Part shown: positions 47,760 through 57,946 of the stretch, piece after piece
Layout: every line of letters begins with the position of its first letter
How positions within the stretch are numbered: the first letter of the stretch is position 1
Assembly (NCBI GenBank): GCA_050951845.1
Contig: JBMNJV010000001.1
Coordinates: 510,179-574,178, forward strand
Source of the DNA: Saccharofermentanales bacterium
GTDB lineage: Bacteria; Bacillota; Clostridia; Saccharofermentanales; DTU023
Length of the DNA stretch: 64,000 nt
Direction of reading: 5' to 3'
Position numbers and translations under genes: made by a program
The notes under the pieces: model-generated
Database searches by the model: none
What the model was told of the DNA's origin: nothing
Seen by the model: only the letters and a program-made list of their open reading frames with translations

Positions 47760-49196
47760 GTGAGTGATGTCTCGGTTTTAGGTGTGGATCTGGGCGCCAG
47801 CTCAGTCAAAATTGGTTTGGCAACTTATGATGGTAGTAAATTATCTCTGGTTGATGAGCAGGTTTTTAGAAATAGACCGATTCATTTACCGACTGTATCT
47901 TATTGGGATGTATTTTCTTTTTATAATGCAATAAAAGATGCTCTCTCCTATTTCTCAGCGGACTATAATATTGATTCAATTGCAGTGGTTTCGTGGGGAT
48001 CAACGTATGGTTTATTGGATGAAAAAAGCCGCTTAATTGAGCCTGTATACCATTATCGTGATAAAAGATCAGAAAAATCAATGGATGAAATCTACAAAAT
48101 TATTACACCGGAAGATTTATTCAAATTGACAGCATGTCAACCAAATCGTACGTATGCTTTAGCTCAATTGTTTGCATATATCGAACATGGTGATAGAGAA
48201 ATATTAGAAAGAGCAGAAACATTATTGTTTTTGCCTGATTTACTTTCATATTTCTTATCAGGAACCAAAGGAACTGAAATTACTATAACCGGTACGACAG
48301 GTCTTCTGAATGCTGAATTGAATAACTGGTCTTATGAACTATTTGATTTGCTTAACATACCGAGGCATATGATTAAAGATTTGATTAAACCCGGAGAAAT
48401 CAGGGGTCCTTTATTGTCCGCTATTAAGAAAGAAACCGGAGCAAAAGATTGCCTGGTTACGACAGGTGTTGGTCATGATACTTTTTCCGGAACATTGGCA
48501 ATTCCCGATTATGGTAAAAACAAGCTATATCTCAGTATGGGAACAAATACGAATATGGGTTTGGAATTAGATGACGTAATAATATCCGAGTTTGCCTTTG
48601 AAAGTGGATTCAAATATTCAGTAGGTTTTGATAATCAAGTATACGCATATAGAGATTTTGCCGGTTTTTGGTTAATAGATCAGCTATTGATCTCATTTGC
48701 CGGAGACGGAAGAAGCTACACTTATGATGATATTTTAGAATTAACAAAAAATCCGAATTACAGTGGAGAAATTTTTGACGTAGAAAGTCCGGAGTTTGCT
48801 GATATACATGGTGATATCAGAGTAAAAATCAATGAACAGTTAAAAAGCAAAGGTTTGAAGACTTTAGAAGAAGATTATGAGTTTGCATGTTGTATTTTCA
48901 GAAGCATTGCAGCAAGAATTTCGCATTACAAAGAAAAGTATTGTGAACTCATAGGCCAAAATGTAGAGGGCATTTATGCCATTAATGGCGGAAGTAGGAA
49001 TACTTCTTTAATGCAAATGATAGCAGATGCGGTAGATATGCCGGTATATGCCGGCCTGCCTCAAGGAACGTTAATTGGGAATCTCCTTTCTCAGTTATAC
49101 GCACTGGGACATTTAAATAATGTCTCGGAAATCAGGGAATTATCCGCGAATTCGTTTGAAATGAAAGAATATCTCCCCGGAGATCCAATCATCTAG
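47760..49196 (+). CDS. FGGY-family sugar kinase, rhamnulokinase-like
   Basis: N-terminal GVDLGASSVKIGLA, ..WGSTYGLLD..., YRD.R. Length and block order resemble RhaB-type kinases. GTG start after gaggag. Confidence 0.7.
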   Translation: MSDVSVLGVDLGASSVKIGLATYDGSKLSLVDEQVFRNRPIHLPTVSYWDVFSFYNAIKDALSYFSADYNIDSIAVVSWGSTYGLLDEKSRLIEPVYHYRDKRSEKSMDEIYKIITPEDLFKLTACQPNRTYALAQLFAYIEHGDREILERAETLLFLPDLLSYFLSGTKGTEITITGTTGLLNAELNNWSYELFDLLNIPRHMIKDLIKPGEIRGPLLSAIKKETGAKDCLVTTGVGHDTFSGTLAIPDYGKNKLYLSMGTNTNMGLELDDVIISEFAFESGFKYSVGFDNQVYAYRDFAGFWLIDQLLISFAGDGRSYTYDDILELTKNPNYSGEIFDVESPEFADIHGDIRVKINEQLKSKGLKTLEEDYEFACCIFRSIAARISHYKEKYCELIGQNVEGIYAINGGSRNTSLMQMIADAVDMPVYAGLPQGTLIGNLLSQLYALGHLNNVSEIRELSANSFEMKEYLPGDPII

Positions 49197-49266
49197 AAGT
49201 ATGTTAATAAGTCAATAATTTTTTATAACATATTAATTTAATAATAAAGTTAGAAGGAAAAAAACA

Positions 49267-49929
49267 ATGAAACGAAAAGAACTCGATTTTGATGCAATTG
49301 CAGAGGTAATGGCAGTAGCAAAACGCCTTGACGACAAAGGTATGGTTAATGCTTTTGAAGGGAACATTTCAGTTAAGTCAAAAAAGGATGGATGCCTGTA
49401 TGTTACACCAACAGGCAAGAATAAAGCCTTATATACATGGGATCAAATTGCTGTAATTGATGAAAACGGAGAATGGATAGGCGGCAGTTGTAAGCCTACT
49501 TCTGAGTTACCGATGCACTTTAATACTTATAAAATGCGTGATGGTAAAAGTATTGGAGGTATTGTACATGCTCATCCAACATTTATCACAGCCTATTCTA
49601 TATGTTTAAAATCGATTAGAAGTCACGCTTATCCTGAATTAATGGGTAATTTCAAAGAAATCCAGGTTTGTCCTTATGGCAGACCGGGCGAGCCGGGAAT
49701 TTATAAAGAGGCAGAACCTTATATCAATGCCGGGCAAGACATAGTTATTTTGGGAAATCATGGAGTTTTGGTTGTTGGTGAAACTGCGACCGATGCAATG
49801 AATAAACTGGAAGCTGCAGAGTCTATTGCCAGAATTCTATACTATGCAGATAAAATTGGTGAACAACAAAATTTAGATAAAGATGAAATAGAAATGTTTT
49901 TCAACAAAAACGATATTACTTTATTATAA
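49267..49929 (+). CDS. class II aldolase/adducin-family protein (FucA/RhaD/AraD-like)
   Basis: GNISVKS, YVTPTG, PTSELPMH, VHAHP and LGNHGVLVVGE motifs of zinc-dependent class II aldolases. Confidence 0.75.
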   Translation: MKRKELDFDAIAEVMAVAKRLDDKGMVNAFEGNISVKSKKDGCLYVTPTGKNKALYTWDQIAVIDENGEWIGGSCKPTSELPMHFNTYKMRDGKSIGGIVHAHPTFITAYSICLKSIRSHAYPELMGNFKEIQVCPYGRPGEPGIYKEAEPYINAGQDIVILGNHGVLVVGETATDAMNKLEAAESIARILYYADKIGEQQNLDKDEIEMFFNKNDITLL

Positions 49930-49979
49930 AGTACTTGTGCGCACCGGGGTACCACTAAAGAAAGATTGCAGCAGAATAT

Positions 49980-51203
49980 ATGAGAGAGAAAGTTTCTATA
50001 GTTCAAAATCGTAAGAGAAATCAGAGAAATAAGATTATAAGTTTGATATTTCAAGAGACAGATGTTTCCAGGAATGATTTACGCAGGAAAACTTCCTATA
50101 GCATGACAACAATTACGAATACGGTTTCTGAATTAATAGAAGAAGGTCTGATTTATGAAGAAGAAAGCGACATTTCTCAGGTTGGAAGGCGACCGGTATG
50201 GTTAAGAATAAATCCGGATGGTGCTTACTTTATAGGTGTTGAGTTTAATGCACGCGCATTGCATGTTTGTGTATTAGATTTATCGGGGAAAACTGTTTTC
50301 CTCAGAAAACAAGATATTAAATACTTCATAGAAGCAGATGAAGTTATTAAATTAATTGTTGAACATGTAGAAGAAGCGATAAATTTTCTAAAAGAGAAAG
50401 AGAAAAAAATAGCAGGTGTAGGTGTTGGCATTCCCGGATATTTAGACACTGAGGAAGGTATTGCTAAAAGTTATAATCTATTTAAAAACTGGGAGAATAT
50501 CTCAGTTAAGGAAATCTTGGAAAAGAAAGTTCAGAAAAAGGTATATGTAGAAAATAATGTTAATAACATGGTGTATGCATATAAGTGGTTATATAGAGAA
50601 TATGCCGAACAAGATTTCGTTTTTATCTCGATGAGGACCGGTATCCGGATGGTACCGGTCATTGATGAAAGGGTAGTTATAGCAAAAAGCGGTTCATTCG
50701 GAGAATTGGGACATATTAAATTGGGACAAAACAATAGAATTTGTTCATGTGGTGATCTGGGATGTCTTAATGCCGAAATATCCGAAATAGCGATTGAAAA
50801 TCGAATAAAGGAAGGAATAAATTTAGGAAGATTTGCTGAAATTGCAAAATTGGCAGAAGAAAAATCGGAATCAGTTTCAATTAAGCATTTTATTGAATCT
50901 GTACATGCAGGAGATAGGGATTCACTTATTTTAGTAAACGATATTATTAATACGCTTAGCAAAATAGTAGCAATTGTAGTAAACATATTTGCACCGCGAA
51001 AAATAATTTTGTATGGAAATTTAGTGAAATTAGGATCAACTTTTTTGGAAGAATTACAAGCAAAAGCCAGAGATTCTATCGTGTATTTTAATAAAGATAT
51101 TTTTAAGATAGAAGCGGCTAAAGGTGGAGATGAATTAGGAGCAATAGGAGCAGCTTCAAGAGTTATGCAGAAAGAATTTGAATTTATCAAATCGAGAATC
51201 TGA
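49980..51203 (+). CDS. ROK-family transcriptional regulator
   Basis: N-terminal winged-helix region followed by a ROK domain with GELGH and Zn motif CSCGDLGCLNAE. Confidence 0.7.
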   Translation: MREKVSIVQNRKRNQRNKIISLIFQETDVSRNDLRRKTSYSMTTITNTVSELIEEGLIYEEESDISQVGRRPVWLRINPDGAYFIGVEFNARALHVCVLDLSGKTVFLRKQDIKYFIEADEVIKLIVEHVEEAINFLKEKEKKIAGVGVGIPGYLDTEEGIAKSYNLFKNWENISVKEILEKKVQKKVYVENNVNNMVYAYKWLYREYAEQDFVFISMRTGIRMVPVIDERVVIAKSGSFGELGHIKLGQNNRICSCGDLGCLNAEISEIAIENRIKEGINLGRFAEIAKLAEEKSESVSIKHFIESVHAGDRDSLILVNDIINTLSKIVAIVVNIFAPRKIILYGNLVKLGSTFLEELQAKARDSIVYFNKDIFKIEAAKGGDELGAIGAASRVMQKEFEFIKSRI

Positions 51204-51280
51204 TTTCTGCATGAATTCTGGATGAATTATGTATTGGATAGGGTATATACCTATATTAATTAAAAAAAGGAGGAAAAGAA

Positions 51281-52759
51281 ATGAAAAGAGTGCTGAGTAT
51301 TTTTATAGTACTGGCAATGTTATTTGCAGTAGTTGCTTGTGGAAGTAGTTCTGACAAAAAAACAGATGAGAGTGAAGCTAAAGAAGAGGTAAAGGAGAAA
51401 GCAGAAGATTCAGCAGACAAGGCAGAAGATTCAGCAGACAAGGCAGAAGATTCAGCAGACAAGGCAGAAGATTCAGCAGACAAAGCAGAAGATTCAGCAG
51501 ATAAAGCAGAAGATTCAGCAGAATCAGATGGTGAAGTTACGATTTCGCTTTGGACTTGGTCACCGATTACGAGAACAGCTGAAAAAATGATAGCGGCATT
51601 TGAAGCTGAAAATCCGAATATTAAAATTGAGTATACAAACTACAATTACAATCCGGAGTATCTGGCAGCAATATCAGCAGCGGCAGCTTCCGATAATTTA
51701 CCCGATATTATGGGCTTACAACCGGGATCATTAACACAAACTTACTCAAATTATTTAATTGACTTAAATGAATATGCAGCAGCCGATTGGGGTGATGATT
51801 GGGCAAGTGTCTATGACAATGTAACTCAAAGTCAACTTCAATTAGGAAACGTAGAGGGTGATGAGTCCTACTATATTATGCCTATCGAAAGCCAAGTCAT
51901 ACTTATTGAGTACAATAAAACCTTATTTAACCAATTAGGACTGGAAAAACCGACAACTTATGATGAATTGGTAAATGCAGCTCAAGAATTGAGAGATAAT
52001 GGATATGCTCCGTTATTCTTCGGTGGCGCTGACGGATGGCAACATGTCAATTTATTAATCATGTGCACATCCCAAATTGATCCGGAATTGTTTGATAAAG
52101 CTCAAAATGGTGAAATTCCCTGGACTTCAGATGAAATGAAGCAAGCGATGACCAATTATCAAAAATTATTTGATGATGGCGTAATCCAAGATGGTTCATT
52201 ATCTTCAACAAGCTATTCTGACGGCACAACCTTATTCTTAGCCGGTCAGGCAGGCATGATGGCATTAGGTTCATGGTGGGCACAAGAGTACACAGGCGAA
52301 GATGTATCAGACGCAGTAGCAAATTGGGACTATGATTATTTCTATTTGCCGGCAATTGAAGAAGGTGTATCTGATTCCTTGCCAATTGGCGGAATGGATT
52401 TCGGTTATGGTATTACAAAGAATTGTGAGAATCCCGAAGCAGCATGGAAAGCTTTAGCAAGCTTTGCAGCAGGTGCCGGTGCTCAAGCAATTGCCAATGA
52501 TATGAATAACCATTTGTCCTATCCCGACATTATTCCTGACAAAGCACAAATGCCTGACAGACCTGGTCTGGATGCAGCTGTTGATGAATTTGTACGTACA
52601 GGTGAAGATATCGCAGGCGGCTTAGTCAATCAAAGAATTGCAAATGCTGAAATTGAAACAGCAGTCCAAACTGCAATGCAAGGTCTGATTGGCGGAACTT
52701 ACGATGTTGACCAGGCAGCACAGTATATCCAAGACGTACAGGATACATTAGGAGACTAA
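51281..52759 (+). CDS. ABC sugar-binding lipoprotein (family 1 solute-binding protein)
   Basis: Signal peptide with lipobox LFAVVAC, an acidic repeat linker, then SBP_bac_1-like sequence (ISLWTW....AFEAENPNIKIEY). Confidence 0.75.
   Translation: MKRVLSIFIVLAMLFAVVACGSSSDKKTDESEAKEEVKEKAEDSADKAEDSADKAEDSADKAEDSADKAEDSADKAEDSAESDGEVTISLWTWSPITRTAEKMIAAFEAENPNIKIEYTNYNYNPEYLAAISAAAASDNLPDIMGLQPGSLTQTYSNYLIDLNEYAAADWGDDWASVYDNVTQSQLQLGNVEGDESYYIMPIESQVILIEYNKTLFNQLGLEKPTTYDELVNAAQELRDNGYAPLFFGGADGWQHVNLLIMCTSQIDPELFDKAQNGEIPWTSDEMKQAMTNYQKLFDDGVIQDGSLSSTSYSDGTTLFLAGQAGMMALGSWWAQEYTGEDVSDAVANWDYDYFYLPAIEEGVSDSLPIGGMDFGYGITKNCENPEAAWKALASFAAGAGAQAIANDMNNHLSYPDIIPDKAQMPDRPGLDAAVDEFVRTGEDIAGGLVNQRIANAEIETAVQTAMQGLIGGTYDVDQAAQYIQDVQDTLGD
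51401..51523 (+). repeat. in-frame 21-nt tandem repeat (~5.9 copies) in the lipoprotein linker
   Basis: gcagaagattcagcagacaag repeated, encoding (AEDSADK)n directly after the lipobox. Confidence 0.9.
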
Positions 52760-52816
52760 GTAAGAAACATTCGGAGACTAACAAGGTAAATTATTAATTA
52801 ATTTGGCCTCGTAAGT

Positions 52817-52850
52817 AAAAAAGGGAGCCGTCTATAAGCTCCCTTTTTTA
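52817..52850 (+). terminator. intrinsic terminator/attenuator after the binding-protein gene
   Basis: Stem gggagc/gctccc with flanking a/t extension (aaaagggagc...gctcccttttttt). Confidence 0.65.
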
Positions 52851-52877
52851 CAACTTACTGAAAGTAGGTGAGGAATT

Positions 52878-53825
52878 TTGTCTAATTCATTATTGTTAAA
52901 AACAAAAAGAACAAAGAGAATGGGGTATGTTTTTATCCTTCCCGCATTAACATTTTTTGCGGTTTACGTTTTATATCCGATAATTTTTATTACGCGTAAC
53001 AGCGTTTTTAAATGGTCAACCCTCAATGATCAAGTATTTGTCGGATTTGAGAACTTTAAAACATTGTTAACTGACGACATTTTTTGGAAAACAGTGAAAA
53101 ATTCGCTGGTTTGGATTGTTGTAACAGTGCCGGTGCAGGCAATTATCGGGTTTTTCCTTGCGTATGCAATAGAAGAAGTAATAAGAAAAAAACATTTTAG
53201 AGGTACTCAAAAATCTCAAAGTTTTTACAGAACACTGTATTTTATTCCGGTAGTAATTTCTGTCACTGTTGTGGCAATTATTTTCAGTAAAATTTTTCAG
53301 CCGTATCAAGGGATTATAGGCTATTATTTAAATAAATTTTTTGGGGCATCGCCTACCATTAATGTGTTGGGAGATCCTAATAAAGCATTGTTCGGCGTTA
53401 TGCTAGCCAATATTTGGGAATGGACCGGTTGGTCTATGCTTATGTACATTGGCGGTATGTCGCAAATATCCGCAGATCTTATAGAAGCTTCAGAAATTGA
53501 TGGAGCGAGCACATGGCAGAAAATTCGGTATATCTATATTCCCAGTCTGGCATCAGTTCATAAAGCATTATTGATGCTGGGTGTTATCGGATCATTACAA
53601 ACATATGCCCTGGTAAATGTTATGACTAATGGCGGTCCTAATCATGCAACTGAAATGCCGGGAACATATATTTTCTTAAAAGGATTTACACAGACACAAA
53701 TGGGATATGCTTGTACGATTTCCGTCGCCATCCTGTTATTTGCACTTGTATTAACTGCTATTCAAATCAGATTCTTAGGGTCTGGTGACTTTATGAAGAC
53801 TGGAGGTGGAAGAAATGGCAAATAA
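52878..53825 (+). CDS. ABC sugar transporter permease (MalF/UgpA type)
   Basis: Six TM segments and an EAA-like loop (IEASEIDGASTWQKIRYIYIP). TTG start after aggtgagg. Confidence 0.75.
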   Translation: MSNSLLLKTKRTKRMGYVFILPALTFFAVYVLYPIIFITRNSVFKWSTLNDQVFVGFENFKTLLTDDIFWKTVKNSLVWIVVTVPVQAIIGFFLAYAIEEVIRKKHFRGTQKSQSFYRTLYFIPVVISVTVVAIIFSKIFQPYQGIIGYYLNKFFGASPTINVLGDPNKALFGVMLANIWEWTGWSMLMYIGGMSQISADLIEASEIDGASTWQKIRYIYIPSLASVHKALLMLGVIGSLQTYALVNVMTNGGPNHATEMPGTYIFLKGFTQTQMGYACTISVAILLFALVLTAIQIRFLGSGDFMKTGGGRNGK

Positions 53826-54666
53826 GGTGAAACTTTCCTCAAAGAAAAAAGCGAAATTACCTTGGTTAATATTTTTAGTCATATCCGCTGTTATTTTTAT
53901 GATCCCTCTTATCTATGCATTTAGTCTTTCTTTAAGGGATCAGAACAGTATCTTCGATCCCAGATTATTTGTAGAGACGGACGGACTTACATTTAATAAC
54001 TATAAGAACGCAATTCAAAACAATCCAACCTTGCTTTATAATTTCTTAGCCAGTTTTGTAATATCTTCTGTAAGTACTATTGCAGTTGTATTCATTGCCA
54101 GCATGGCAGTATTCGGCTTTTCCAGGAAATACGTCAAAGGCAGAGTGGTTATGTATAATATGATTCTTTCAACCTTGATGATTCCGATCAGTGCTTTAGT
54201 TATTCCGATAACACAGCTTAATAGTCGTTTTGGTTTGTTAGATAATTATTTCGGATTGATACTTCCGTATATTGCCTTGAATATTCCGTATGCGGTTACA
54301 ATTCTCCAAGGTTTTTATTTAGGAATTCCTAAATCCCTGGAAGAAGCAGCAATAATAGATGGTTGTAGTGAATTCAAATTATATTGGAGAATTATTTTTC
54401 CTCTGTTAAAACCGGGCATAGTTGTTATAGCCATTTGGACATTCTTACAATGTTGGAATGAATTCTTCCTGGCTTTATGCACGATGACAGAAGCAACAAC
54501 AAAAACATTACCTTTGATCGCTCAACAGTATAAGGGTGTATACAATAGTCAACCGGGAATTCTGTTTGCAATTTTGATTCTGATTTCTATTCCGATGATT
54601 ATCTTCTATATTGCGGTACAAAAACAGTTTGTTAAAGGTATGACTAGTGGTGCGGTAAAACAATAG
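53815..54666 (+). CDS. ABC sugar transporter permease (MalG/UgpE type)
   Basis: EAA loop LEEAAIIDGCSEFKLYWRIIFPLLKP. Start refined to the ATG at 53815, 8 nt after tggagg. Confidence 0.75.
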   Translation: MANKVKLSSKKKAKLPWLIFLVISAVIFMIPLIYAFSLSLRDQNSIFDPRLFVETDGLTFNNYKNAIQNNPTLLYNFLASFVISSVSTIAVVFIASMAVFGFSRKYVKGRVVMYNMILSTLMIPISALVIPITQLNSRFGLLDNYFGLILPYIALNIPYAVTILQGFYLGIPKSLEEAAIIDGCSEFKLYWRIIFPLLKPGIVVIAIWTFLQCWNEFFLALCTMTEATTKTLPLIAQQYKGVYNSQPGILFAILILISIPMIIFYIAVQKQFVKGMTSGAVKQ

Positions 54667-54696
54667 TGGTATAAGTTTAGGTGAGGATCCAATGAT

Positions 54697-55551
54697 ATGT
54701 CGTTAGTAAGAGTTAAAGATATTTTAAGAATGGCAGACGAAGCAAAAACATCTGTCATAGCTTACATTTGTATTGACTATAACATGATTTATTCAGTTAT
54801 TAAAACAGCTGAAAAATTAAATACACCTGCATTATGCATGTTGTTGCCCGAACATGTTGAGCAATACAATACAATTGACTTTGAAAGTTTTGCAGTTAAC
54901 GTAAAAAACTTGGCGAAAACAGTAAAAGTTCCCATCGGCCTGCATCTGGACCATAGTTTTGATTATAAAAGTATTGTACTGAATATAAAAAATGGTTTTC
55001 CTTCTGTCATGATTGACGGTTCAGAATTATCTTTTGAAGATAACATCTGTTTAACTAAAAAAGTGGTTGACATTGCACATTGTTTTGATGTTGATGTAGA
55101 AGGTGAAGTAGGTCATGTAGCATCCTCGGAAATTTCGGATGAAGAAATGGAACAATTATTTACGGATCCAAGCCTTGCAGCAGAGTTTTGTGAAAGAACC
55201 GGTGTAGATTCATTAGCGATTTCAATAGGAAATGCACATGGAGTTTATAGAAAAGAGCCTAGATTAGATATTTCAAGGCTGGAAGAAATTAATGCTGCCA
55301 CAGATACGCCATTGGTCTTACATGGCGGAAGCGGAATACCTGATGAACAATTAAAGGAAGCTTTTAGAAAAGGCATTAACAAATTTAATGTCGGCACTGA
55401 ATTTTTGGGTCATTATCTGGAAGCGTTATCTCAATTTACCAATGAGTTTGGTGATGCAGGTGATCCATTAAAAATGTTGGATATTCCGATGTATGTTCAA
55501 GAAAAATTACAAGATTATTTAGTGAAAAAATTCCAGCTTTGTAAATTTTAG
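54697..55551 (+). CDS. class II ketose-bisphosphate aldolase family (FbaA/GatY/KbaY-like)
   Basis: LHLDHS, MIDGS, EGEVG, IGNAHG and LVLHGGSG motifs. Confidence 0.75.
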   Translation: MSLVRVKDILRMADEAKTSVIAYICIDYNMIYSVIKTAEKLNTPALCMLLPEHVEQYNTIDFESFAVNVKNLAKTVKVPIGLHLDHSFDYKSIVLNIKNGFPSVMIDGSELSFEDNICLTKKVVDIAHCFDVDVEGEVGHVASSEISDEEMEQLFTDPSLAAEFCERTGVDSLAISIGNAHGVYRKEPRLDISRLEEINAATDTPLVLHGGSGIPDEQLKEAFRKGINKFNVGTEFLGHYLEALSQFTNEFGDAGDPLKMLDIPMYVQEKLQDYLVKKFQLCKF

Positions 55552-55570
55552 GAGAAAAGAGGGAAATACA

Positions 55571-56686
55571 ATGAGTAATGTAAAATTTGAAAATGTTTAT
55601 AAAATATATGATGGAGATGTAGTTGCAGTTACCGACTTTAATCTCGATATAGAAAATAAAGAATTTATTATTTTAGTAGGACCGTCAGGATGCGGCAAAT
55701 CAACAACTTTGCGTATGATAGCAGGTTTGGAAGATATTTCTAAAGGTACAATTTCTATCGATGGTGAAGTCGTTAATGATATAGGTCCTAAAGATAGAGA
55801 TATTAGTATGGTTTTTCAAAACTATGCATTATATCCGCATATGACAGTTTATGAAAATATGGCATTTGGTCTGAAATTAAGAAAAATTCCAAAAGAAGAG
55901 ATAGATCAAAGAGTTATGGCAGCTGCTAAAATATTAGAATTAGAACCGTATTTAGACAGGAAACCCAGAGCTTTATCCGGTGGTCAGCAGCAACGTGTAG
56001 CGTTAGGAAGGTCAATTGTTCGAAAACCGAAAGTGTTTTTAATGGACGAACCTTTATCTAATTTGGATGCAAAATTGAGGGTACAGATGCGTGTTAGTAT
56101 TTCGAGATTGCATCAGCAATTAGGAGCTACGATCGTTTATGTTACCCATGATCAAACAGAAGCTATGACAATGGGAACGCGTATAGTAGTTATGAAAGAT
56201 GGATTAGTACAGCAAGTTGCATCGCCCAGCGAATTATACTACCATCCCACAAATCTATTTGTCGCCGGCTTTATCGGCATGCCTCCAATGAACTTCCTTG
56301 ATGCAGTTATTGAGGAGAAAAATGGTAAGATAATTGCAAACTTTGATGATTTTGAAATAGAATTAGATAAAGAAAAATATGATGTTCCCGAAGTCCGTGA
56401 ATATTTTGGCAAAGAAGTTATTTTAGGTGTGAGACCTGAAGCTATAAGTGACAGACCTGATATTCAAGAAGAGTTTCCTAATTCGACTTTTGAAGGTGAT
56501 ATTGAAGTTGTGGAGATGCTTGGTGCAGAATGTTATATCTATTTAATAGTAAACGGACATCGCTTGACGGCTCGTGTGGACTCAAGTACTTGGGAAGGTA
56601 AAACAGGAGAATCTTTGAATTTTACAATAGATGCGAAACGTGTTGCATTATTTGATAAAGAAACAGAAAAAGCAATTATCACATAA
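55571..56686 (+). CDS. ABC sugar transporter ATP-binding protein (MsmK/MalK/UgpC type)
   Basis: Walker [28 protein letters not shown] and a C-terminal TOBE-like domain. Confidence 0.85.
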   Translation: MSNVKFENVYKIYDGDVVAVTDFNLDIENKEFIILVGPSGCGKSTTLRMIAGLEDISKGTISIDGEVVNDIGPKDRDISMVFQNYALYPHMTVYENMAFGLKLRKIPKEEIDQRVMAAAKILELEPYLDRKPRALSGGQQQRVALGRSIVRKPKVFLMDEPLSNLDAKLRVQMRVSISRLHQQLGATIVYVTHDQTEAMTMGTRIVVMKDGLVQQVASPSELYYHPTNLFVAGFIGMPPMNFLDAVIEEKNGKIIANFDDFEIELDKEKYDVPEVREYFGKEVILGVRPEAISDRPDIQEEFPNSTFEGDIEVVEMLGAECYIYLIVNGHRLTARVDSSTWEGKTGESLNFTIDAKRVALFDKETEKAIIT

Positions 56687-56993
56687 AATTTTAAGATTGT
56701 AATAGCGCAAAGAAGAAGTCTTAATGCGTAGTATGTACTGACCCTCGAAAGTTGAACCAAAAGTTCAGCAATTAGGAGGTCAGTATTATTATGTCAAAGA
56801 AATTTTAAATATTAAAGAAACATCTATCCAAAAGAACAAATATGATTAAACATTTTTTGGATAGATATCCTTGGAATTGTATTATAATTTACATGCGAAG
56901 GAAGATCGTACATAGTACTACGTACTGAAATAAATGTTTTTTACATTTTTTTACATATAGAACATACGGGAAAGATAATCTTAGGAAAATAGA

Positions 56994-57788
56994 ATGATTT
57001 ATAATTTGATTAATGGTGCAGCTGTTCTGGTTGGCGGTTTGCTGGGTATGCTAATCGGCAGATTTTTACCGGAAAAGATTAGTAATACACTAATGAAAGC
57101 AATTGCATTAGGTGTAATGTATATCGGAATTTCAACTATGCTGACAGATGCAAATTCCTTAATAGTTTTACTTTGTTTAACTGCAGGTGTAGTTATCGGA
57201 GAGTTGCTCAAAATAGAAGATGGTATCAATAAACTCGGTCAATACATTGAAAACCGGGTTCGAAAAAATGAACAAGAACAATTGAGAAAGCCTGAAACAG
57301 AAAAAGAGCAAATCAATACTTCTTTTGATGTCTCCTCAGAAGTTCTTTTGACTGATGATTATCCAAAGTCCGGGCGACAAATAAAACCGGACATAGCAAC
57401 CGGATTTGTTTCATCAATTATTCTGTTCTGTTCAGGCAGTATGGCTATTGTAGGTTCGATCCAGGCGGGATTGCTCAACGACGGTTCGACGTTGTTGGCA
57501 AAATCGGTTCTGGACGGTGTTGTCGGCATGATTTATGCCACAACAATGGGGTTCGGCGTATTGTTATCGGCAATACCGCTGGTCCTTTATCAAGGATTAT
57601 TTGTATTATTGGCATCAAGTATCAGCGGTTTGTTGAGTGCTGCAGCCATAACTCTTATCTCTACGGTTGGTGGTATAATTATCTTAGGTATCGGGATAAA
57701 TTTGATGTTTGATACTAAAATTCGTATCGGCAGTTTTATACCCGCAGTTTTTATTCCGATTGTCTTATCAGCTTTAAATTTAATTTAA
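56994..57788 (+). CDS. DUF554-family membrane protein
   Basis: N-terminal LINGAAVLVGGLLGMLIGRFLPEKI and overall topology typical of DUF554. Confidence 0.55.
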   Translation: MIYNLINGAAVLVGGLLGMLIGRFLPEKISNTLMKAIALGVMYIGISTMLTDANSLIVLLCLTAGVVIGELLKIEDGINKLGQYIENRVRKNEQEQLRKPETEKEQINTSFDVSSEVLLTDDYPKSGRQIKPDIATGFVSSIILFCSGSMAIVGSIQAGLLNDGSTLLAKSVLDGVVGMIYATTMGFGVLLSAIPLVLYQGLFVLLASSISGLLSAAAITLISTVGGIIILGIGINLMFDTKIRIGSFIPAVFIPIVLSALNLI

Positions 57789-57946
57789 TGTTAATATCGG
57801 AAAATAATGCCTGGAATATAATGTTAATGTTGAAAAGATTTGGCTTGAAGAAAAATAAGTACAAACAAATAATACCGGATAGTTTTCAAAAAACAAATAC
57901 TTGAAAAAATGTGGACGGAAACTGTATAAATTGCAGAGGTATACAC

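Noticed and set aside
50531-51190. A 219-aa minus-strand ORF antisense to the ROK regulator.
   Set aside because: The plus-strand frame carries clear ROK motifs (GELGH, CSCGDLGC). The antisense translation is low-complexity (S/I/L/F-rich), has no SD, and is typical of AT-rich antisense frames.
51256-51483. A minus-strand ORF encoding (SAESSAL)n.
   Set aside because: It is the antisense reading of the 21-nt tandem repeat in the binding-lipoprotein linker, which makes it an artefact of the repeat.
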